Shown: positions 60,401 to 64,000 of the stretch, piece after piece | Layout of the letters: every line of letters begins with the position of its first letter | Numbering within the stretch: the stretch's first letter is position 1 | Origin: Phoronis australis | Lineage: Eukaryota > Animalia > Phoronida | Length of the DNA stretch: 64,000 nt | Assembly: GCA_002633005.1 (NCBI GenBank) | Contig: NMRA01000019.1 | Location: forward strand, 1,287,282-1,351,281 | Direction: 5' to 3' | Notes under the pieces: generated by a model | What the model was told of the DNA's origin: nothing | Database searches by the model: none | Seen by the model: the letters and a program-made list of their open reading frames with translations, nothing else | Translations under genes and position numbers: made by a program

Positions 60401-61157
60401 CACATGACAAAAAACATCTTTATGTCAACGGAGAACTTCAATACCGTCACCAAGTTACTTCCAACTGGCCTGTACGGTATGCTCTTGTACACAGTAAAAG
60501 CCGGGATATACTTAATATCTCCATTAAAGATTTATACGAACCAGTAGCAGACGCTGAACGTTCTTTTCCTGATTCTATGGACGATGATGTTGACTTGAGT
60601 GTTCTCTTACGTGCTTTACGTCTTCCAACATTGCGAGATAGTCTCTGCAACTCTGTTCTTCCCAATTCCAGCTTCACATTAGCTTTGTCCTGCAACAAAC
60701 TTCACTTAAGTATCAACGGCAACTGTTTGTACTATTCACTGCATTAGCTAAATTGCATATTCGATCTAGACACTCTTCACTTGTCTTGAGGATTACAACA
60801 CTTAGCAGTGACTACTTATAACAAATGAATATGATTCACAATCTCCAGGAACTTATCTCAACTCCCTACAGGTGTGATAGGTGGCGCTATCTCCACCATT
60901 CCATCAACAAATTCAAACATGGATCGACAAATCAGAAAGAGGAGAAAAACCCACCACACTAATGTGAACACAAGTTTTAACTCACCAATGGCGTGACAGG
61001 TGGCAGTGTACTTTCTACAAGTCCATCCACTGAGTCAGACATTGGTAGTGGTGATGTGACAGGAAGAGGTAAATGTGTCAAGAACTCATACAGAGTTACA
61101 ATGGTCTGGTCTGACATATGTAGCTTGAGAGTTGGCAGGTTAGCCTCCAGCTTCTGT
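398..61157 (-). CDS. VPS13: VPS13A/C-like lipid transfer protein, multi-exon gene, partial at both ends (52 unique exons traced)
   Basis: Manually spliced GT-AG exons give one continuous frame with VPS13 hallmarks: [84 protein letters not shown] versus C orthology is not resolvable by eye. Confidence 0.96.
1342..1537 (-). CDS. VPS13: VPS13 exon, copy 1
   Basis: [10 protein letters not shown]...[29 protein letters not shown]; phase 2-0. Confidence 0.93.
2153..2289 (-). CDS. VPS13: VPS13 exon, copy 1
   Basis: [45 protein letters not shown]; phase 0-2. Confidence 0.9.
2811..2867 (-). CDS. VPS13: VPS13 exon, copy 1
   Basis: [19 protein letters not shown]; phase 0-0. Confidence 0.9.
3216..3378. 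other. Assembly gap (163 N)
   Basis: Run of N; further single-N joins at 6705, 31127, 35006 and 45608. Confidence 0.99.
3379..3570 (-). CDS. VPS13: VPS13 exon, duplicate of 1342-1537, cut by the gap
   Basis: Same peptide up to FFYEP, then N run. Confidence 0.8.
4166..4302 (-). CDS. VPS13: VPS13 exon, duplicate of 2153-2289
   Basis: Same peptide; one synonymous change (TCA/TCC). Confidence 0.8.
4829..4885 (-). CDS. VPS13: VPS13 exon, duplicate of 2811-2867
   Basis: Identical 57-nt exon. Confidence 0.8.
5728..5793 (-). CDS. VPS13: VPS13 exon
   Basis: [22 protein letters not shown]; phase 0-0. Confidence 0.85.
10195..10297 (-). CDS. VPS13: VPS13 exon
   Basis: [34 protein letters not shown]; phase 2-0. 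Confidence 0.92.
10619..10770 (-). CDS. VPS13: VPS13 exon
   Basis: [20 protein letters not shown]...[21 protein letters not shown]; phase 0-2. Confidence 0.92.
10835..12151. mobile_element. Non-autonomous DNA transposon with TTAA target duplication (Kolobok-like)
   Basis: TTAA|GGTTACATAAGACC ... GGTCCTACATAACC|TTAA; long imperfect inverted ends (over 200 bp); GG..CC termini; no transposase ORF. Confidence 0.7.
12244..12378 (-). CDS. VPS13: VPS13 exon (end of WWE-like module)
   Basis: [45 protein letters not shown]; phase 0-0. Confidence 0.9.
12837..13076 (-). CDS. VPS13: VPS13 exon (WWE-like module)
   Basis: [24 protein letters not shown]...[13 protein letters not shown]...DYVA; phase 0-0. 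Confidence 0.92.
13530..13687 (-). CDS. VPS13: VPS13 exon
   Basis: DSEAELITT...[28 protein letters not shown]; phase 1-0. Confidence 0.92.
15525..15641 (-). CDS. VPS13: VPS13 candidate cassette exon (117 nt)
   Basis: ctgctcccag / GTAGG; [38 protein letters not shown]; phase 1-1, no stop. Confidence 0.65.
16058..16160 (-). CDS. VPS13: VPS13 exon
   Basis: [34 protein letters not shown]; phase 0-1. Confidence 0.85.
16783..16918 (-). CDS. VPS13: VPS13 exon (VAB repeat)
   Basis: [31 protein letters not shown]...; phase 2-0. Confidence 0.92.
17570..17703 (-). CDS. VPS13: VPS13 exon (VAB repeat)
   Basis: [10 protein letters not shown]...[27 protein letters not shown]; phase 0-2. Confidence 0.92.
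17891..18016 (-). CDS. VPS13: VPS13 exon (VAB repeat)
   Basis: [17 protein letters not shown]...STILRMNKG; phase 0-0. Confidence 0.9.
18459..18647 (-). CDS. VPS13: VPS13 exon (VAB repeat)
   Basis: [32 protein letters not shown]...WLHIKPGE; phase 0-0. Confidence 0.92.
19358..19471 (-). CDS. VPS13: VPS13 exon (VAB repeat)
   Basis: [38 protein letters not shown]; phase 0-0. Confidence 0.92.
19627..19716 (-). CDS. VPS13: VPS13 exon
   Basis: [30 protein letters not shown]; phase 0-0. Confidence 0.88.
19986..20204 (-). CDS. VPS13: VPS13 exon (VAB repeat)
   Basis: [13 protein letters not shown]...[18 protein letters not shown]; phase 0-0. Confidence 0.93.
21314..21425 (-). repeat. Fragment homologous to the interior (63491-63594) of the Tc2/pogo-like element
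   Basis: Reverse complement matches CACGTGAAGCTCGCACGCGCGCACTT...GGTCACTGGTCGTCTGCGC. Confidence 0.6.
21432..23100. mobile_element. Truncated Tc2/pogo-type DNA element (left end only; right boundary approximate)
   Basis: TA|CCGAATTCGCCCTAATAAGACCCC..TATAAGCGCCCC..ATAAGTGCCC subterminal repeats; CpG-rich interior; matching right TIR not found. Confidence 0.55.
21620..21872 (-). pseudogene. Frameshifted HIRAN-like ORF inside the transposon
   Basis: [21 protein letters not shown] / [35 protein letters not shown] / [11 protein letters not shown] across about 3 frameshifts; family recalled from memory. Confidence 0.6.
23678..23764 (-). CDS. VPS13: VPS13 exon
   Basis: [29 protein letters not shown]; phase 0-0. 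Confidence 0.88.
23901..24029 (-). CDS. VPS13: VPS13 exon (VAB repeat)
   Basis: VVYKETSV...[22 protein letters not shown]; phase 0-0. Confidence 0.92.
24398..24512 (-). CDS. VPS13: VPS13 exon
   Basis: [38 protein letters not shown]; phase 2-0. Confidence 0.88.
24608..25012. mobile_element. Decayed MITE (pogo/Tc2-like architecture)
   Basis: Imperfect inverted ends (TTTCCACAGATAAACCCA vs TGGGCTTATCTACGGAAA) and repeated CCCATGGGCGTxTATT subterminal motifs. Confidence 0.45.
25543..25742 (-). CDS. VPS13: VPS13 exon (VAB repeat)
   Basis: [12 protein letters not shown]...[20 protein letters not shown]; phase 0-2. Confidence 0.92.
26424..26504 (-). CDS. VPS13: VPS13 exon
   Basis: [27 protein letters not shown]; phase 0-0. 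Confidence 0.92.
26699..26776 (-). CDS. VPS13: VPS13 exon
   Basis: [26 protein letters not shown]; phase 0-0. Confidence 0.88.
26823..27137. repeat. Minisatellite, 37-bp unit with 31-bp variants, about 9 copies
   Basis: TATGTATGGTACATGTAGACGCAGGCAGAAATAACTA head-to-tail. Confidence 0.95.
27331..27481 (-). CDS. VPS13: VPS13 exon, haplotype A copy
   Basis: [18 protein letters not shown]...AEKDKMNIQ; phase 2-0. Confidence 0.88.
28743..28861 (-). CDS. VPS13: VPS13 exon, haplotype A copy
   Basis: [39 protein letters not shown]; phase 0-2. Confidence 0.88.
29043..29156 (-). CDS. VPS13: VPS13 exon, haplotype A copy
   Basis: [38 protein letters not shown]; phase 0-0. Confidence 0.88.
29216..29323. 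mobile_element. Small palindromic MITE-like element (second copy 33866-33973)
   Basis: TTCATGCAACAGTCC ... GGACTGTTTCATGCAA inverted ends with internal AGTCCCTAATTAGGGACT palindrome; superfamily uncertain. Confidence 0.45.
29606..29849 (+). mobile_element. Left part of a Helentron/HINE-like element, absent from the duplicate copy
   Basis: ACAAGAGCAACGCAGAGCGTTGAAATGCGCCCACA matches the left end of 50541-51811; empty site GGAACTATTT/AAAATGAC at 34261-34278. Confidence 0.8.
29850..31126 (+). mobile_element. Tc2/pogo-like element nested in the HINE, cut by N at 31127
   Basis: TA|CCGTAATCGTTCGGGTTAACGCCC; colinear with 62181-62807 plus about 650 bp extra (30377-31029). Confidence 0.85.
31128..31443. 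repeat. Second copy of the 37-bp minisatellite
   Basis: Same unit as 26823-27137, different unit order. Confidence 0.92.
31636..31786 (-). CDS. VPS13: VPS13 exon, duplicate of 27331-27481
   Basis: Same peptide with S>G (LSF/LGF). Confidence 0.8.
33046..33164 (-). CDS. VPS13: VPS13 exon, duplicate of 28743-28861
   Basis: Identical peptide. Confidence 0.8.
33693..33806 (-). CDS. VPS13: VPS13 exon, duplicate of 29043-29156
   Basis: Same peptide with E>Q (SRE/SRQ). Confidence 0.8.
34690..34826 (-). CDS. VPS13: VPS13 exon, duplicate of 35521-35657
   Basis: Identical peptide. Confidence 0.8.
35007..35101 (+). mobile_element. Right end of the HINE-like element that begins at 29606
   Basis: GGAC microsatellite then hairpin ATGCGTCCACATATAAATATGTGGGCGCAT, identical to 51777-51806, joined to AAAATGACAATGC flank. 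Confidence 0.85.
35521..35657 (-). CDS. VPS13: VPS13 exon
   Basis: [45 protein letters not shown]; phase 1-0. Confidence 0.9.
37206..37439 (-). CDS. VPS13: VPS13 exon (acidic insert, 234 nt)
   Basis: [39 protein letters not shown]...[19 protein letters not shown]; phase 1-1. Confidence 0.85.
37877..37939. repeat. 32-bp tandem duplication
   Basis: ATTTTGTTTGAATACTTTTGACTTGTACTGT twice. Confidence 0.85.
38405..39930 (-). mobile_element. Decayed CR1/L2-type LINE fragment (RT core and 3' end)
   Basis: Minus-strand motifs in order: [12 protein letters not shown] (KAFD-like), [26 protein letters not shown]; many stops and frameshifts. Confidence 0.8.
39334..39585. repeat. 55-60-bp tandem repeat (about 5 units) inside the LINE
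   Basis: GAGAGCCACTGTCTAACATTGA..TTTTGTAATATTCAGGGAGAG at 39334, 39391, 39451, 39509, 39564. Confidence 0.88.
40964..41177 (-). CDS. VPS13: VPS13 exon
   Basis: [28 protein letters not shown]...[14 protein letters not shown]; phase 0-1. Confidence 0.85.
41704..41798. repeat. Exact 45-bp tandem duplication
   Basis: AATTGGGTCACTGAACCCAAGGTTTATGGTGCTGGGTTATAATAT twice. Confidence 0.92.
42058..42198. mobile_element. Tiny dimeric insertion with short TIRs and 5-bp flanking duplication
   Basis: AACTT|CATGGGCAGC ... GCCGCTCATG|AACTT; two head-to-tail G-run monomers. Confidence 0.55.
42538..42832. repeat. Minisatellite, about 50-bp unit, 6 copies (single units near 41497 and 41859)
   Basis: AAACACTGAGTCGTCCAATGACTCAAGGTTCTCATCATAGTAATAATAC. 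Confidence 0.92.
42898..43026 (-). CDS. VPS13: VPS13 exon (WxPLIEP motif)
   Basis: [43 protein letters not shown]; phase 0-0. Confidence 0.94.
43088..43440 (+). mobile_element. Left-end fragment of the Kolobok-like family at 10835-12151
   Basis: GGTTATGTAAGACCATAGACAATGGCAAAATTT...CATATCTCA...GAAACTTTCAGATA resembles 10835-10935. Confidence 0.6.
43513..43685 (-). CDS. VPS13: VPS13 exon
   Basis: DVPSKVSW...[28 protein letters not shown]...IHDWSKQ; phase 1-0. Confidence 0.92.
44506..44611 (-). CDS. VPS13: VPS13 exon
   Basis: [35 protein letters not shown]; phase 0-1. Confidence 0.88.
45120..45278 (-). CDS. VPS13: VPS13 exon
   Basis: [11 protein letters not shown]...[25 protein letters not shown]; phase 0-0. 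Confidence 0.9.
45345..45560 (+). mobile_element. tRNA-derived SINE
   Basis: Pol III box A TGGCTCAGTGG (45357-45367) and box B GGTTCAAATCC (45400-45410), followed by a non-tRNA body and purine-rich tail. Confidence 0.7.
45684..45817 (-). CDS. VPS13: VPS13 exon
   Basis: [44 protein letters not shown]; phase 1-0. Confidence 0.9.
46043..46224. mobile_element. Decayed palindromic MITE-like element
   Basis: GGGACCCATTC..AAACTGACTTAG..TTAAGTCAGTTT inverted motifs and GAAGGGTCACC end. Confidence 0.35.
46910..47032 (-). CDS. VPS13: VPS13 exon
   Basis: [40 protein letters not shown]; phase 1-1. Confidence 0.9.
47960..48063 (-). CDS. VPS13: VPS13 exon
   Basis: [34 protein letters not shown]; phase 2-1. 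Confidence 0.88.
48290..49690 (+). mobile_element. Decayed RLE-type non-LTR retrotransposon (Hero-like)
   Basis: [21 protein letters not shown] (RT), [22 protein letters not shown], Cxx[24 protein letters not shown] in order; stops, frameshifts and internal deletion. Confidence 0.85.
49793..49956 (-). CDS. VPS13: VPS13 exon
   Basis: [17 protein letters not shown]...[18 protein letters not shown]; phase 0-2. Confidence 0.9.
50541..51811 (+). mobile_element. Complete Helentron-associated (HINE/DINE-1-like) element with internal tandem array
   Basis: AACAAG start, short hairpin, subTIR ATGCGCCCACA (50566-50576) and TGTGGGCGCAT (51796-51806), internal repeats of about 150 bp, GGAC/AGAC microsatellite, terminal hairpin, A-run, no TSD. 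Confidence 0.85.
51873..52142 (-). CDS. VPS13: VPS13 exon
   Basis: [19 protein letters not shown]...[23 protein letters not shown]; phase 0-0. Confidence 0.92.
52113..52243. repeat. 65-bp tandem duplication spanning a splice acceptor
   Basis: CAGCTGGATGTCTTCCTTACTGATAGACACCTGTAGACAGAAAAYTATACCATAATGACAACTTC twice, one mismatch. Confidence 0.92.
52794..52956 (-). CDS. VPS13: VPS13 exon
   Basis: [34 protein letters not shown]...[10 protein letters not shown]; phase 2-0. Confidence 0.9.
53766..54061 (-). CDS. VPS13: VPS13 exon (middle repeat)
   Basis: AFVEPF...[35 protein letters not shown]...MESVKIL; phase 0-2. Confidence 0.94.
54327..54410. repeat. About 39-bp tandem duplication
   Basis: AAATGGCGGTCAGACTTAAATGATAACTATCTA twice. 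Confidence 0.85.
54420..55001 (+). mobile_element. Decayed HINE-like fragment related to 50541-51811
   Basis: ACCAAAAACAGACTTGAAAA..GGCCACTAGGTAGCAC unit and terminal hairpin TATGTGCACC..GGTGCATATA. Confidence 0.6.
55417..55587 (-). CDS. VPS13: VPS13 exon
   Basis: [19 protein letters not shown]...[19 protein letters not shown]; phase 0-0. Confidence 0.92.
55874..55977 (-). CDS. VPS13: VPS13 exon
   Basis: [34 protein letters not shown]; phase 1-0. Confidence 0.9.
56148..56663. mobile_element. Possible piggyBac-like foldback element
   Basis: TTAA|CCC ... GGG|TTAA; internal inverted arms 56293-56358 and 56538-56607; central GGGATTCCC..GGGAATCCC palindrome. Confidence 0.5.
56685..56789 (-). 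CDS. VPS13: VPS13 exon
   Basis: [34 protein letters not shown]; phase 1-1. Confidence 0.9.
56949..57055 (-). CDS. VPS13: VPS13 exon
   Basis: [35 protein letters not shown]; phase 2-1. Confidence 0.85.
57465..57607 (-). CDS. VPS13: VPS13 exon
   Basis: [17 protein letters not shown]...[20 protein letters not shown]; phase 0-2. Confidence 0.92.
57968..58041 (-). CDS. VPS13: VPS13 exon
   Basis: [24 protein letters not shown]; phase 1-0. Confidence 0.9.
58411..58511. repeat. Long inverted repeat (47-bp arms, 7-nt loop)
   Basis: 44 of 47 positions complementary; extra outer arms at 58391-58401 and 58515-58525. Confidence 0.9.
58726..58964 (-). CDS. VPS13: VPS13 exon
   Basis: [34 protein letters not shown]...[13 protein letters not shown]; phase 2-1. 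Confidence 0.92.
59406..59466 (-). CDS. VPS13: VPS13 exon with FFAT-like motif
   Basis: [19 protein letters not shown]; phase 1-2, needed to keep the frame. Confidence 0.88.
59759..59776 (-). CDS. VPS13: Candidate 18-nt VPS13 micro-exon
   Basis: ttctttccaatcccag|ACACCAGTTCATCTATGG|gtaagg; phase 1-1; adds DTSSSM. Confidence 0.55.
60542..60689 (-). CDS. VPS13: VPS13 exon
   Basis: [49 protein letters not shown]; phase 0-1; donor GTTCGT chosen by phase. Confidence 0.82.
60986..61157 (-). CDS. VPS13: VPS13 exon (most 5' in the window)
   Basis: [32 protein letters not shown]...[19 protein letters not shown]; phase 2-0. Confidence 0.92.
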
Positions 61158-62180
61158 CTGCATTAATTAAAACACAAGTTAAAGAAGCCACAATATTACT
61201 TGCTCAGTTTTTTGGTTACATATGTAGCATTACACACTACATTTGATTTCCCAACTGGCAACTATGAATGTTTCTTACTAGTTGGGATGGCAATAGCCAC
61301 TTACCACAGCTTCTGAACTTGAGAGAGCTTCTCCTTTTGCTTGGGGATTAGGGAGATGGTTGACAGTAATAACAGCTGTTTGTTGCTGGGAATATTTATT
61401 TCTGGCCCATTTTAGATAAAAGACACGAAAATTAAGATCAATCTCTATTATGTAACGTGTGTGAGCAAAACAATGGATTGACTTGACTTGTATGCACTAT
61501 CCTTTATCAGAGAGATCCTCATAATCTCAAAGAATGCAGTGAAATTTGAATGGATGGAGGTGGGGTGGGGCGGGTGAGGCATCATGATATATTGTCCATA
61601 AAAGTGATGAGTTCCACATGATAAAAAGTTGTCTCCCAGTCCAGTTACGTAAGATTACCCTCTAATGATGGGCTCAAGCTATATCAAGCACATCTATTTA
61701 GTAGTAGCCAAGACGTATCAGGCCATCTGTTTTGGAACAGTGTTTGATTCCAAGAATTAATCATCACAGAGCAGTACATGTACTATGAAGCTGGTCACAT
61801 CAAAATACTGTAACTTCATTATTCGTGGGTCAATCTTTGAGCTTCAAAAACGAAAATTGAAGGCTTTCCATAATTAAGAGAGATATGCATAAACTTTTAA
61901 ACGCGGAAAAGCAAAAACAACCCAAAACACTATATAATACATCCAGGCAGCTGTGTGGTTTGTAACCCGAGTCAACAAACCAAACACACTCAGCATGCTA
62001 CCCTCTCACTAGCACTGGGGATAACTGAGCAAAATTGGTATGTGTGCACGCTGGCCCTGGGCAATGAAGAGGCTTTGCATTTCCCTTTCTACGCTTAATG
62101 AAAGCTAAAGTTTAAAATTGGACATTTTGTGATTCTAGTACTTAAACACTGCAATAATCATGTTTCACTTTTGGATATTA

Positions 62181-63998
62181 CCGTAAACGTTCGGGTTAAC
62201 GCCCATGCTCAGTTAACCGCCCACCCCCTACTTTAGGTGGATTTTCGATTTAACCGCCCACTGCTCGGTTAAGCGCCCCCCTGCGATTTTTGAAGATTTC
62301 CAGTTAAGCGCCCACCTCTCGGTTAAGCGCCCATCCCTGACTTTTAAAGTATGAAGATTTAGCGCCCAGTGCTAAGGAAACGCGCAATTCCCCGACTTTT
62401 AGAAAAAGATCGATGATCACAATGAGCGCAACAACGCCGGGCCTCCGAGACGGTGGTTTAGCAATGTGAATTGCAATTATACAAGTAACGAGTTATTGTC
62501 TTGGGTCATGGACTCACTTCAAAATATAATACTTGAACGTTTTTGTCACTTTATTTTCTTCCCATGTTTGCAAAGTTTAAGAACGCCGCCGGCGTCAAAA
62601 CCTCCGCTTTCAGCGACTTTGTCTGCCGCGCTGAGTTTTCGTCTGCAGTGCACTTGATAAAACATATATTCGAAAAAATCAGGCCAGAGAAATGAGACAA
62701 TGGTTAAAAGTATATAGTCACGCCCGTTTCTGTTACTTAGGACTGTCGCTATTCTCTTTTGATGTGTGACTTTGTAGTGGTGCACGCGCGCAAGTTCCCA
62801 CACTTTGGAGTGCATGTTACCTTGACACCAACATGTGATTGACAGGTGACTCGCACGTAGGCCCTACGCGCGTGCTGAATCCCGCCGCTATCTTTGGCCA
62901 TAAAAAACGAGATGCATATTGAAAGAGGCCGTTATATTACTTGATGGCATTTCCAAGTCACGATTGTCAGCCGACTGAGACATTGCGCGCTAACAACGGG
63001 ACCGAACAGCTAAGTGCCGCAGTGCGGCATTGCAAGTGATATAAATAGGATAATCTGGACATCTAGCATGATAAATAAATGTTTTTCCACCACGAAGTTT
63101 GGTAAGGTGATCGTTTATGAATTGAAACATCGCTGTTTTGTAGCGTTTTATCTCATATTTATGCCGTGGCTCGAAATTTTATTCTTGATTGACGAGTGGC
63201 ACACGGCCGCTTAACCCCGATTCTTGTCTTGGGCCTACTTCTTTGCCGAGCATGTTTGGCGCAACGGCAAGTGAGCAATGCCGGGCAGTCAAGATAAAAC
63301 AGCAAGCCACATAACTATACGCTGAAAATGTCATTGAGTCACGGTGTGTTGACTATAAACATCCCAAACACAAAAAAATCTGAATTAAGGTTTTCAAACT
63401 TTTATTACAACCAATTTTAAAACTGCTCTCTGACTATGAACTTGGCAGCTAGTACGAGACTGTAACCATAAATCTGATGTCTGCTGTGACCTCTGCAACA
63501 CGTGAAGCTCGCACGCGCGCACTTTAGCAAGATGAAATAGTTGCAATCCAAATAGAGGCTGCGTGGTCACTGGTCGTCTGCGCTCTACACTACAGGGCTA
63601 AATAACAAGACCGCAGGACGGCACGGGGCTATTACTCAGCAATTCTGTAAATTTAATAGTGAATAACTAATCTGAGGGCATGATAACCTTTGTTAGGATC
63701 ATCCGCTGTTATGACATTTTCCCATCATGTGGCGACGTGACGATAACGCTCTTTGAAAAGTACTACGCGTTCCGAGTAGGCCTACGACTACGTGTGCGGT
63801 GTGGGTACTTAGATCACGAGGTAAGGTTAACTGCCCAGGGCGCTTGCCTGTCATAATAAGCGCCCATGTTCGGTTAACCGCCCACCCTGGATTTTTTGAA
63901 GTTTCACGTTTAAGCGCCCATGTCTGGTTAACCGCCCACCCCCGATTTTTTGGGTTTGCCAATTTAACCGCCCAGGGCGTTAACCCGAACGTTTACGG
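62181..63998. mobile_element. Complete non-autonomous Tc2/pogo-like DNA transposon (1.8 kb)
   Basis: Perfect 24-bp TIRs CCGTAAACGTTCGGGTTAACGCCC, TA on both sides (62179-80, 63999-64000), many TTAA(C/G)CGCCC subterminal repeats, no transposase ORF. Confidence 0.92.
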
Positions 63999-64000
63999 TA

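Noticed and set aside
343-63962. Supplied six-frame ORFs as independent genes
   Set aside because: They are VPS13 exons read into introns, antisense shadows, repeat remnants or N-runs; none has separate gene support.

Overview
AT-rich animal genomic DNA, probably from a marine invertebrate; the species cannot be determined here. The whole window lies inside one large minus-strand gene encoding a VPS13A/C-type bridge-like lipid-transfer protein, with the start and stop outside the window. I traced 52 unique GT-AG exons by hand (61157 down to 398, 7352 nt, about 2450 codons) that join in one open frame. They run from the FFAT region through the rod, the WxPLIEP motif, VAB repeats and WWE-like module into the ATG2_C-like tail. 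Three near-identical duplicated blocks abut N gaps and are most likely uncollapsed haplotypes; one pair captures a presence/absence transposon polymorphism. One expected exon appears lost at the N at 45608. Introns hold Tc2/pogo-type CCGTA-ended elements (one with a HIRAN-like pseudogene), Helentron/HINE-like elements with spaced CTCF-like motifs, a Kolobok-like element, decayed Hero-like and CR1/L2-like LINEs, a tRNA-derived SINE and minisatellites. Best leads: an 18-nt micro-exon before a FFAT-like motif, HIRAN-like transposon cargo, repeated DxVD-G sites, a strand-biased intronic hairpin, and recurrent duplications of exon borders. No prokaryotic system, CRISPR array or intact RNA gene is seen. 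All coordinates and translations were read manually, with no database search.
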